From positions 7,632 through 71,631 of the forward strand of contig NVWF01000007.1 in the NCBI GenBank assembly GCA_002746155.1: a stretch of 64,000 bases of DNA, given 5' to 3'. This stretch comes from Gammaproteobacteria bacterium (lineage in GTDB: Bacteria > Pseudomonadota > Gammaproteobacteria > Enterobacterales > GCA-2746155). Shown in pieces: positions 9,702 to 18,370 of this stretch. Every line of letters begins with the position of its first letter. Positions within the stretch are counted from its first letter, which is position 1. Both the position numbers and the translations under genes were made by a program. The notes under the pieces were generated by a model. The model was given only the letters and a program-made list of their open reading frames with translations, was not told the origin of the DNA and did not search any database.

Positions 9702-11063
9702 ATGCCATTTATCCCCCATAGTGAAGCTGATATAAAACAAATGCTCGACACCATTGGCGTTAACTCCATTGATGATCTGTTTGACGAGATACCAGTAGAA
9801 CTCCGTGCCAAGGGTTTAGACAAGGTGCCTGAGTCCATTAGTGAAATGGATTTAGGTAAAATGATGCAAAAAAGAGCCAAGCTTGATGCGGGTAACTTAT
9901 GTTTTATCGGAGCTGGAGCTTATGAGCATCATATTCCAGCCGCTGTTTGGGATATCACCATGCGAGGCGAGTTTTTAACCGCCTACACGCCATATCAGGC
10001 TGAAGCCAGCCAAGGCACCTTGCAACTGGTCTATGAATTTCAAAGTAATATCGCTAATTTAACGGGGCTTTACGCAGCCAATGCCTCTTTATATGATGGC
10101 GCAAGTGGTGTTGCCGAGGCTGTGTTGATGGCGGTACGTGGTAATCGTAAAGCTAAAACTCGCCGCGTGCTGATCGCTGGAAGTGTTAATCCTCGTTACC
10201 GAGAAGTTGTTGAGAGTATCGTTAAATCTCAAAATATCGAAATAATTACAATCCCTTTTAATGAGCAAACCGGTGTGATTGATATTGCAACACTCAGTCA
10301 ATATGAAGACGATACTTACGCCGCACTTATTATTCAGCAGCCTGATTTTTTTGGCAACTTAGAACAGGTTGATGAGCTAACAAACTGGGCCCATGCCCAT
10401 AACAGCTTGTTAATTGCTGTGTTAAATCCTCTTGCCTTATCGGTGCTAACTGCTCCAGCTGATTGGGGTGAAAAAGGCGCTGATATAGCCGTAGGTGATG
10501 GTCAACCCCTAGGCGTTCCCCTTGCCTCTGGTGGTCCCTATTATGGTTTTATGGCCTGTACTAAAGCCTTGATAAGACAAATGCCCGGTCGAATTATCGG
10601 CAAGACAGTGGATCTAGATGGCAAGGTCGGTTATACACTCACGCTTCAAGCCCGCGAACAACACATTCGTCGAGCTAAGGCCACTTCAAATATTTGTACC
10701 AATCAGGGCCTAGCAGTTACAGCTTCAACCATTCATATGGCTTTACTTGGCGCCGAAGGTCTGGAGAGAGTTGCAGCAGCTTCAATGCATAATACAGAAA
10801 AACTAGTGCAAAAGTTAACCGCCATCGAAGGTGTTGATTTACTCTACTCAGGTCCTCGCTTTCACGAAGCTGTGTTAAGTTTTGATCGCTCAGTTGATCA
10901 GGTGTTAGAACAACTAGCCGATAAAAATATCCTTGGCGGCTTCAACCTTACCAAGGATTATCCTGAGCTTGGACAGTGTCTTCTCATTTGTGCCACTGAG
11001 CTTCGAGATGACGATGATCTCGATATTTATTTTGGTGCACTTACTGACATCATGTCTGCTTGA
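9702..11063 (+). CDS. gcvPA: glycine dehydrogenase (decarboxylating) subunit 1
   Basis: 453 aa with FIGAGAYEHHIP, YTPYQAEASQGTLQ and ATSNICTNQGL. This is the N-terminal half of a split P-protein. Confidence 0.95.
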   Translation: MPFIPHSEADIKQMLDTIGVNSIDDLFDEIPVELRAKGLDKVPESISEMDLGKMMQKRAKLDAGNLCFIGAGAYEHHIPAAVWDITMRGEFLTAYTPYQAEASQGTLQLVYEFQSNIANLTGLYAANASLYDGASGVAEAVLMAVRGNRKAKTRRVLIAGSVNPRYREVVESIVKSQNIEIITIPFNEQTGVIDIATLSQYEDDTYAALIIQQPDFFGNLEQVDELTNWAHAHNSLLIAVLNPLALSVLTAPADWGEKGADIAVGDGQPLGVPLASGGPYYGFMACTKALIRQMPGRIIGKTVDLDGKVGYTLTLQAREQHIRRAKATSNICTNQGLAVTASTIHMALLGAEGLERVAAASMHNTEKLVQKLTAIEGVDLLYSGPRFHEAVLSFDRSVDQVLEQLADKNILGGFNLTKDYPELGQCLLICATELRDDDDLDIYFGALTDIMSA

Positions 11064-11080
11064 TTAGAGGATCCTAGAAA

Positions 11081-12550
11081 ATGTTAATATTTGAAAAATC
11101 ACACAAGGGTCGTAGAGCCACAGCCCAGTCACCGCAAGTTAAGCATTCATTATCCTCAATTCCAGAGCAGTTTCGACGTAAGCAACCGGTGGATCTTCCT
11201 GAAGTTTCAGAATTGCAAGCGGTGCGACATTACACCAAGCTATCTCAGAAGAACTTCTCCATTGATACACATTTTTATCCCCTAGGTTCTTGTACCATGA
11301 AGTACAACCCTCGAGGTGTGCAAAAGTATGCAATGATTCCGGGAATTATTGACAGACACCCCCTAGCACCGGCATCTAAGAGCCAGGGTTTTTTAAGTTG
11401 TCTGTATGACTTACAGGAAATTCTTAAGGATGTAACGGGTATGTCAGAGGTCTCTCTAGCACCCATGGCAGGAGCCCAGGGAGAGTTTGCTGGCGTTAGA
11501 ATGATTAAAGCCTATCATGAGGCTCGTGACGATCATGCAAGAACAGAAATCCTAATCACTGATTCAGCCCACGGTACAAACCCAGCCACAGCCGCCATGT
11601 GTGGTTATAAAGTGAGGGAAATTCCCACCAATAAAAATGGCGACGTGGATATTGATGTCTTTAAAGAAATGGTAGGACCACAAACGGCTGGCATTATGAT
11701 GACTAATCCATCCACCCTTGGTGTATTTGAGAAAAATATTAAGCTCATTTCTACTATCGTACATGATTCAGGTGGCCTGCTTTATTATGATGGGGCCAAT
11801 CTTAATGCAATTCTTGGTAAGGTTAAGCCAGGGGAAATGGGTTTTGATGTCATGCACATGAATTTGCATAAGACCTTTGCCACGCCCCATGGTGGTGGCG
11901 GACCTGGAAGTGGCCCCATTGGCATTAATCGACGTTTGCTGCCTTATATGCCTAGCCCTCACGTTAAGCGTGAACAATTAAAAGATGGCACCTATCACTA
12001 TGACTGGACAGGTAAAGATTCTTGTCCCGAAAGCATTGGTTACCTCTCAGCCTTTGGTGGCAACGCCGGTATTTTAATACGTGCTTATCTTTATGCTCGT
12101 CTACTAGGTCGTGAAGGTCTGACAAGAGTGGGTGAATATGCAACCCTGAATGCCAATTATATGATGGCTTTAATGATGCAAGCGGACTTCCAAGTTGCCT
12201 TTCCACACAGGCGTGCAACCCATGAGTTCATTGTAACCTTGAAACGTCAGGCTAAAGACTTAGGTGTCAATGCTATGGATTTTGCCAAACGGCTTCTTGA
12301 TCTTGGTTACCACGCTCCAACGACCTACTTCCCAATGCTTATTCCTGAGTGTTTGCTCATTGAGCCCACTGAAACGGAAAGCAAGAATGATATGGATGGC
12401 TTTGTGGCAGCCATGGAGCGGATCTTAGCTGAAGCAACTCACAGCCCTGAACTAGTCACTTCAGCTCCCTTCACCCTACCAGTAAAAAGATTGGACGATG
12501 TCAGAGCCGCAAGAGAACTTGATATCGCTTGGGTTAAAGCACTCGATTAA
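11081..12550 (+). CDS. gcvPB: glycine dehydrogenase (decarboxylating) subunit 2
   Basis: 489 aa with [17 protein letters not shown] and the PLP-lysine context [19 protein letters not shown]. Confidence 0.95.
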   Translation: MLIFEKSHKGRRATAQSPQVKHSLSSIPEQFRRKQPVDLPEVSELQAVRHYTKLSQKNFSIDTHFYPLGSCTMKYNPRGVQKYAMIPGIIDRHPLAPASKSQGFLSCLYDLQEILKDVTGMSEVSLAPMAGAQGEFAGVRMIKAYHEARDDHARTEILITDSAHGTNPATAAMCGYKVREIPTNKNGDVDIDVFKEMVGPQTAGIMMTNPSTLGVFEKNIKLISTIVHDSGGLLYYDGANLNAILGKVKPGEMGFDVMHMNLHKTFATPHGGGGPGSGPIGINRRLLPYMPSPHVKREQLKDGTYHYDWTGKDSCPESIGYLSAFGGNAGILIRAYLYARLLGREGLTRVGEYATLNANYMMALMMQADFQVAFPHRRATHEFIVTLKRQAKDLGVNAMDFAKRLLDLGYHAPTTYFPMLIPECLLIEPTETESKNDMDGFVAAMERILAEATHSPELVTSAPFTLPVKRLDDVRAARELDIAWVKALD

Positions 12551-12578
12551 AACGACGCTTTATTAGAGAATATTAGTT

Positions 12579-12615
12579 AAAAGAGCCGCTATAGCACATA
12601 GTAGCTCTTTTTTTT
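12579..12615 (+). terminator. rho-independent terminator of the gcv operon
   Basis: Arm aaaagagc (12579-12586) pairs with gctctttt (12604-12611) around a partly self-paired loop. A T-run follows to 12615. Confidence 0.6.
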
Positions 12616-12952
12616 ATGCAAAGGATATGTCGTTATTTTAATGTTTGCAGCATAAAGTGCTGCAAAAAACCACATTTTCAAATTTTTTTCAAATTTTTTT
12701 CCTAGCCAAATATGCACATATCTATGTGATTTATAACAACTTTCTCAAGTTTTACATTAGAATTACAGTTTAAGTCATTGAAAAGGCACTTGTTTTAGTA
12801 ACTAAAAAGAGTGTAGCATTTGATGCAATTCCTAGGAAAATGGATTTTCTTATGGAATTGCTAATGATTGTCAATAACTAATAAAATAACAAAAATCGTT
12901 TTGGCTAGTCCAATGGAATTACGGATAGTTAAATAAAGTGCAAAACTAATTC

Positions 12953-13966
12953 TTGGATGAGTCAATGTTAACTTTAGCAGATATATTAACGTCACAAGTA
13001 GACTGTTTAAATCCTGAAGCAGATCTCCAGACTGCTTTTCGAACCCTCACTACTAATAATTATTCCTGTTGTGTTGTAGCTGCAGAAAATAGAATCCCCC
13101 TAGGCATTCTCACCGAGCGGGACTTGGTGCAAATTATCAGTAGAAATGGTAGCTCAAGAGAGTTGATGTCTGAATCAGTCACTGAGCATATGGTTTCTCC
13201 GCCTTTTACTTTGCCAGGTGATACCTCTTTAGAAAATGCACTGAATTTAATTGAATCGAGAAATCTTCGATATTTATTAGTGACTGAATTAAATGGCACC
13301 ATTGCAGGAATTGTTACCCAGACGGATATGGTTAAAGCCTATATGAGAATAATGCGTAATCATTCAGCAGGTCTTGAAGATACAATTTATCAACGCACCG
13401 AACAACTGGAAACGGTTAACAAAAAACTTGTCACCTTGTCCCTAGTTGATCCCCTAACAGGACTTGGAAACAGGCGTGCCTTAGAGGTGGATATCATGAA
13501 GATCCACGCAGCAGGTATTCGTCATCGTCGAGCCTATTCCGTCACTTTGTTCGATATCGACTATTTTAAAAAGTACAATGATCACTATGGACATCAAGCA
13601 GGCGACCATGTTTTAGAGTTAGTATCTAGCCATTTTCGTAAATCCATTAGAGAAGCGGATGCTGTTTTTCGCTATGGTGGCGAAGAGTTTCTTATGATTA
13701 TGCCCGATACTGATGTTGATGAGGCTCTGGCAACCGTTCAACGCATTGTTACGGGACTCTCTGATCTTGAAATCCCACACCAAGATAGTCCTTTAGAGTT
13801 TTTGACCACCAGTGCTGGTATTGCGAGTTCTCACCATCAAGGACAGCGACTTGCCAGTTGGAGACAAGTGGTTGAACTAGCTGACGAAGGCCTGTATGAA
13901 GCTAAAAAGTCAGGTCGTAATCAAGCTTTTGTAAGTGTACGAAATACTCTGAAAGCGGTAAATTAA
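12953..13966 (+). CDS. diguanylate cyclase with tandem CBS domains (CBS-CBS-GGDEF)
   Basis: The N-terminal half is CBS-pair-like (ILTERDLV..., IVTQTDMV). The C-terminal half is GGDEF: DPLTGLGNRR, DIDYFKKYNDHYGHQAGD, and RYGGEEF with an RxxD I-site (READ) 5 residues upstream. The track start is TTG at 12953; the in-frame ATG at 12965 (MLTLADIL) is an equally likely start. Confidence 0.9.
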   Translation: MDESMLTLADILTSQVDCLNPEADLQTAFRTLTTNNYSCCVVAAENRIPLGILTERDLVQIISRNGSSRELMSESVTEHMVSPPFTLPGDTSLENALNLIESRNLRYLLVTELNGTIAGIVTQTDMVKAYMRIMRNHSAGLEDTIYQRTEQLETVNKKLVTLSLVDPLTGLGNRRALEVDIMKIHAAGIRHRRAYSVTLFDIDYFKKYNDHYGHQAGDHVLELVSSHFRKSIREADAVFRYGGEEFLMIMPDTDVDEALATVQRIVTGLSDLEIPHQDSPLEFLTTSAGIASSHHQGQRLASWRQVVELADEGLYEAKKSGRNQAFVSVRNTLKAVN

Positions 13967-13998
13967 TAAAAATATTTTATTTTCCCTTCTCCGGATAA

Positions 13999-14073
13999 AT
14001 ATACCCGTTCCACCTCAAATATGACTGTTTCTAGTCATGCTGTAATATGTAGCTTGAGGTGGAACGGGTATAT
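13999..14073. repeat. 75-bp palindromic element with perfect 20-bp inverted arms
   Basis: Arm atatacccgttccacctcaa (13999-14018) is the exact reverse complement of ttgaggtggaacgggtatat (14054-14073). The 35-nt interior contains a nested hairpin, atgact (14021-26) / agtcat (14033-38). No T-run follows. Confidence 0.85.
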
Positions 14074-14224
14074 ACCACAGGCAATTGCGGGTATTGTTCC
14101 CTAGTTGAGCTATTAAGCGGTGATTAATTTTATTATCTCAGGTACTATCTGTGTTTTCGAGTTCTAGAAAGTCAAAGAATCTATCAAAGGTCGATTCATT
14201 TCTTAATAAAGATAAGCAATATTC

Positions 14225-14644
14225 ATGTTCGAGTTAATCAATAAGAAAACCTATAAGCTACTATTTATTATAGCTGCCTTGCTATCCTTAGTCGTCACTT
14301 TAAGCGTGGTCTCAAAGTCGGTAGGTGTTCATCTAATTAATGATAAACTTGGTCATGCTCTGATGTTCTTTTTTCTAGCTTTTTTATGTTCCCACTCGCT
14401 TGGAAGTAAATTTGGTTATAAGGCTATTATTGGCCTAGCAGTATTTGGATTGGTCATTGAAATAATTCAGTATTTCTTACCCTGGCGAAGCTTTTCTGTG
14501 TTCGACTGGCTAGCGGATCTAGTCGGTATTATTTCCTATGATGTGATCCATCGCATGAAACGGCGTTATTTACTTAAAAAGCTACTTAAAAAAAGCTACC
14601 GACAACCCGATCAAAGTAAAGGCGAGGAAAAAGAGAATGTTTAA
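14225..14644 (+). CDS. VanZ-like family membrane protein
   Basis: 139 aa, about 4 TM segments. Has VanZ-like DKLGHALMFFFLAF and DWLADLVGI motifs plus a basic tail. Confidence 0.65.
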   Translation: MFELINKKTYKLLFIIAALLSLVVTLSVVSKSVGVHLINDKLGHALMFFFLAFLCSHSLGSKFGYKAIIGLAVFGLVIEIIQYFLPWRSFSVFDWLADLVGIISYDVIHRMKRRYLLKKLLKKSYRQPDQSKGEEKENV

Positions 14645-15029
14645 TTATTCTGTGATGCCGGGATTTTCAGATACCGATGCCCTTGGTCATATTAACAATA
14701 CCCGTCTACCCGTTTGGTTTGAAAATGCACGGAATCCTATCTTTAAAATATTTACACCCACTCTTGATATCAATAACTGGCCGCTTATTCTTGCAAGAAT
14801 TACCGTTGATTTTAAACAACAGTTATACCTTGATCATCTGGTGGAGATAAAAACCTACATCAGTAAAATTGGCAACTCCTCTTTCACTGTCACTCAACAA
14901 GCTTGGCAGAGTGGCGTTTGTAAAGCGGAGGGTGATTCAACAATGGTTTATTTTGATTATGTCTCGAAAAGTTCCCGCAGAATTCCTGATGATATTCGAG
15001 AAACCTTAGAACAACATCTGATATCTTAA
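14637..15029 (+). CDS. 4HBT/YbgC-type acyl-CoA thioesterase
   Basis: 130 aa hot-dog-fold signature at the N-terminus (V.PGFSDTDALGHINNTRLPVWFENAR). Overlaps the preceding gene by 8 nt, which suggests translational coupling. Confidence 0.75.
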   Translation: MFNYSVMPGFSDTDALGHINNTRLPVWFENARNPIFKIFTPTLDINNWPLILARITVDFKQQLYLDHLVEIKTYISKIGNSSFTVTQQAWQSGVCKAEGDSTMVYFDYVSKSSRRIPDDIRETLEQHLIS

Positions 15030-15134
15030 TAATCTAAATATGCTGGTATACTAGAGCAGTAATAACTAATAGATAAAAACTCATAACAATATTATATAAG
15101 ACAAAAAAGCTTGGTAAGCATAAGGAAAGCCTAG

Positions 15135-16352
15135 ATGAATAATTTTTTGAAAATAACATTGCTAATCATTTTATTAGCTGGAGGAAGTATGACAACTGAA
15201 GTAAAGGCAGCTGATAATAGTATTGCTGCACCTGAAAATGTAGCTGCAGCACCTGAAAATGCGGTATTAAGTACAACAGGTCTTGCATCTCAAGTAATAA
15301 AAGCTGGAACAGCAACTGAACACCCCTCTGCTGAAGATACCGTCACTGTTCATTATACGGGTTGGACAACAGCTGGTGAAATGTTTGACAGTTCCGTGGC
15401 TCGAGGAGAGCCAACATCTTTCGCTTTAAATCGTGTCATTAAAGGTTGGACTGAAGGCTTACAATTGATGGTGGTGGGTGAACAGCGTCGCTTCTGGATC
15501 CCTGCAAACCTTGCCTATGGTGAGAACCCCTCTAATGGAGCACCAGCAGGCACGCTGGTGTTTGATGTTGAGTTACTTGATATTAAAAAAGCGCCTGAAG
15601 CGCCAAAAACTCCAGAAGATGTTGCTGCTGCACCAGCTAAAGCAATGGTTACTGACAGTGGTCTAGCATCACTTGTGCTTAAAGCAGGGACACAAACAAA
15701 TCATCCAACTGGTGTGGACACCGTCACGGTTCACTACACGGGTTGGACAACAGACGGCAAATTATTTGATAGTTCTGTCATGAGAGGTCAAACAATTTCT
15801 TTCCCATTAAACGGCGTTATCAAGGGTTGGACAGAGGGATTACAATTGATGGTAGTGGGTGAGAAGCGACGCTTCTGGATCCCTGCAAACCTTGCCTATG
15901 GTGAAAATCCAGCGCCAGGAGCTCCAGTAGGAATGCTAGTTTTTGATGTTGAGTTGTTTGACATCAAAAAAGCCCCTGCAGCTCCAGAAGTTCCTGAAGA
16001 TGTTGCTGCAATTCCATCTTCAGCAACAACCTCTGCTTCAGGCCTAGCTTCAAGAGTCTTGTCAAAAGGAACGGGTACCGCACACCCTACCCTAACTTCA
16101 AATGTTGAAGTTCACTATTCCGGTTGGACACTAAAGGGTGAAATGTTTGACAGTTCTGTGACTCGAGGAGAACCTATAACTTTCCCTCTTAATCGTGTTA
16201 TCAAAGGTTGGACCGAAGGTGTTCAATTGATGGTGGTGGGTGAAAAACGTCGCTTCTGGATCCCTGCAAATCTTGCCTATGGTGAAAATCCTGGCAATGG
16301 AGCTCCCGGTGGTATGTTGGTGTTTGATATTGAACTCCTAGAAATAAAATAA
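15135..16352 (+). CDS. secreted FKBP-type peptidyl-prolyl cis-trans isomerase with three tandem FKBP domains
   Basis: Signal peptide MNNFLKITLLIILLAGGSMTTEVKA. Three copies follow of V(T/E)VHY(T/S)GWT...FDSS...F.LN.VIKGWTEG.QLMVVGE.RRFWIPANLAYGENP...LVFD(V/I)EL. The DNA period is exactly 381 bp: cttctggatc occurs at 15491, 15872 and 16253. Confidence 0.9.
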   Translation: MNNFLKITLLIILLAGGSMTTEVKAADNSIAAPENVAAAPENAVLSTTGLASQVIKAGTATEHPSAEDTVTVHYTGWTTAGEMFDSSVARGEPTSFALNRVIKGWTEGLQLMVVGEQRRFWIPANLAYGENPSNGAPAGTLVFDVELLDIKKAPEAPKTPEDVAAAPAKAMVTDSGLASLVLKAGTQTNHPTGVDTVTVHYTGWTTDGKLFDSSVMRGQTISFPLNGVIKGWTEGLQLMVVGEKRRFWIPANLAYGENPAPGAPVGMLVFDVELFDIKKAPAAPEVPEDVAAIPSSATTSASGLASRVLSKGTGTAHPTLTSNVEVHYSGWTLKGEMFDSSVTRGEPITFPLNRVIKGWTEGVQLMVVGEKRRFWIPANLAYGENPGNGAPGGMLVFDIELLEIK

Positions 16353-16368
16353 ACAATCTCTGTAAAGC

Positions 16369-16405
16369 GACCGGTAACTTTCTTACAAGTTACCGGTCTT
16401 TTTTT
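16369..16405 (+). terminator. rho-independent terminator
   Basis: Arm gaccggtaact (16369-16379) pairs with agttaccggtc (16388-16398) across an 8-nt loop. Seven Ts follow. Confidence 0.85.
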
Positions 16406-16528
16406 ACCTATTAATTAAGTTCTTTTCACCCCTCACAATCAATAAATGTCACTGGTTTAGCAATCCTAGGATCCCTAGACTCTTTTATCTGATATAAAAA
16501 GGTTCGACAAATTCGAGGGAGAGCATGG

Positions 16529-17284
16529 ATGCCTGACTTAGAAGAAAAAGAAAATTGCTATTTAATTTCCATTGAAACAACTAATCGAGATGCTTTGTTT
16601 GATTGTTATCGTGATTATTTGGTGTTTATGAGCTTGGTGAGAGATGGGGTGCGAAGTTGTGAGTTTAAAGTGTATGGGTTTTGTTGGTTAAAAAAACAAA
16701 GTTTAATGCTTATTCAACCGAATAATAAAAGCCTTGGTGATGGCATTTTACGCTTGTTGAAACGTTATCATTTCTGGCTGTTACAAAGAGGCCCAACTAC
16801 CACGGAATTTAAGTTACAAATTGCTCCATTAAAAAAAGCAAGTAGCGTGTTGGATTGTTTGCGATTTTTACATCAAAAGGCCGTGAATGAAAAAATTGTC
16901 GATGATGCCATGGATTACCATTGGCATTCACACCATGTCTACAGCGGCTTTTGGTCTGTTAATTGGTTGCGTATCGACTATGTGTTAGACAAGTTTGCAA
17001 GTAATCGACTGGTAGCTATGAACCGATTCAGGCAGTATATGTTAAATAGACATTGTGTTGATTTTAATCGTTTATTAGAAGTTGAGGACTGTAGCCATGA
17101 TTATATATCCATTAACGCCACAACGAGTAGTTTAAGCTTCAATAAACAGTCTGTTGCTGAAGTTAACAGTCACTATCATCAATCCTTATTAAACAGAACA
17201 AGGATAGATTTCACAGCGACTGAATCTGGCCAATTGATCTGTATAAGTGTGGTTGCTAGAGAGAAATTAAGACTTATTAATTAG
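16529..17284 (+). CDS. hypothetical protein; degenerate RayT/IS200-like (Y1 transposase fold) homologue, probably catalytically inactive
   Basis: By-eye alignment to the REP-associated tyrosine transposase family gives four matching blocks. VYGFCWLKKQSLMLIQP lies where the family has ..AYVLM.NHVHLL..P, and LLKRYHFWLLQR matches L.RRY..YFNRR. LDCLRFLHQKAVNEKIV matches L...RYI..NPV.AG.V, and YHWHSHHVY matches Y.WSSY.AY. No HUH motif and no Tyr are present at the expected positions. Confidence 0.5.
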   Translation: MPDLEEKENCYLISIETTNRDALFDCYRDYLVFMSLVRDGVRSCEFKVYGFCWLKKQSLMLIQPNNKSLGDGILRLLKRYHFWLLQRGPTTTEFKLQIAPLKKASSVLDCLRFLHQKAVNEKIVDDAMDYHWHSHHVYSGFWSVNWLRIDYVLDKFASNRLVAMNRFRQYMLNRHCVDFNRLLEVEDCSHDYISINATTSSLSFNKQSVAEVNSHYHQSLLNRTRIDFTATESGQLICISVVAREKLRLIN

Positions 17285-17360
17285 ATAAAATAATGAAAAG
17301 TTGCTCCAACAAGCGTTACAATGGGCGACTTAATGATTCACAGTATTAGAAAAATAATAA

Positions 17361-18275
17361 ATGACCATTCATCCTGATCAGGCAAAAAAACTATTAACCC
17401 TCGTTAGCAGAGCTTCTGTAGCAACAGCTGTATTTTTACTGTTGATAAAAGTTTATGCCTATTGGTTAACCAGCTCCGTTAGCATCATGGCTTCCATGTT
17501 GGATTCATTATTGGATATTGTAGCCTCAATTATAAACCTTCTAGCGATCCATATTGCCTTGACACCTCCTGATAAAGAGCATCCTTTTGGTCATGGCAAG
17601 GCTGAAGCCTTAGCCGGACTAGGTCAAGCTACCTTTATTGCAGGTTCTGCTTTCTTTCTAATGTTTCAAGCTTATAACCGTATTCAAAATCCCCAACAAC
17701 TTATGGAAATGGATGTTGGTATTGTGATTATGCTTATCTCGATATTTGCTACGGGTTTATTAATAGCCTACCAACGTCATGTCATTAGGCTTACTAACAG
17801 TGTTGCCATTCGCGCGGATTCCATGCATTACATGACGGATATGTTAACCAATAGCATGATCATTGTTGCACTTGTGATGGTCTGGTTTGGCTATGGTTGG
17901 TTTGATCCCGTTATGGCATTACTCATGGCTATTTATATCTTATATAGTGCTTGGCAGATAATTTGGGAATCGATTCAGTTACTACTCGACAGGGAGCTTT
18001 CTGATGAAATTCAACAATCAATTAGAGATATTGTTTTAAATGATAAAGATATTGAAGCAATTCATGAGCTAAAAACTAGAGAATCTGGCTTCACAAAATT
18101 TATCCAACTACATTTAGAAATGGATGGTTCCATGTCCCTCTATCAGGCCCATGTTATATCAGACAGGGTTATGGATGCCCTAACCAAAGCTTTTCCCGGT
18201 GCCGATATTTTAATTCATCAAGATCCTGTAAATGATGCTCCTGATCAGGCCGAACGTATTATTCGAGAAGACTAG
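17361..18275 (+). CDS. fieF: cation diffusion facilitator family transporter (FieF-like Fe/Zn efflux)
   Basis: 304 aa, 6 TM segments. Has CDF motifs SMLDSLLD, HPFGHGKAE and HYMTDMLTN, plus a C-terminal cytoplasmic domain (HELKTRESGFTKFIQLHLEMD). Confidence 0.88.
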   Translation: MTIHPDQAKKLLTLVSRASVATAVFLLLIKVYAYWLTSSVSIMASMLDSLLDIVASIINLLAIHIALTPPDKEHPFGHGKAEALAGLGQATFIAGSAFFLMFQAYNRIQNPQQLMEMDVGIVIMLISIFATGLLIAYQRHVIRLTNSVAIRADSMHYMTDMLTNSMIIVALVMVWFGYGWFDPVMALLMAIYILYSAWQIIWESIQLLLDRELSDEIQQSIRDIVLNDKDIEAIHELKTRESGFTKFIQLHLEMDGSMSLYQAHVISDRVMDALTKAFPGADILIHQDPVNDAPDQAERIIRED

Positions 18276-18370
18276 TCCTTTATAAAAGTTGGAATGGCTA
18301 TAAATACCGGTTCAGCTTCTGTTCAGTTAGTTATTGTTAAGCTGTCAATATCGAAAGTAGTGAGGGCAAG

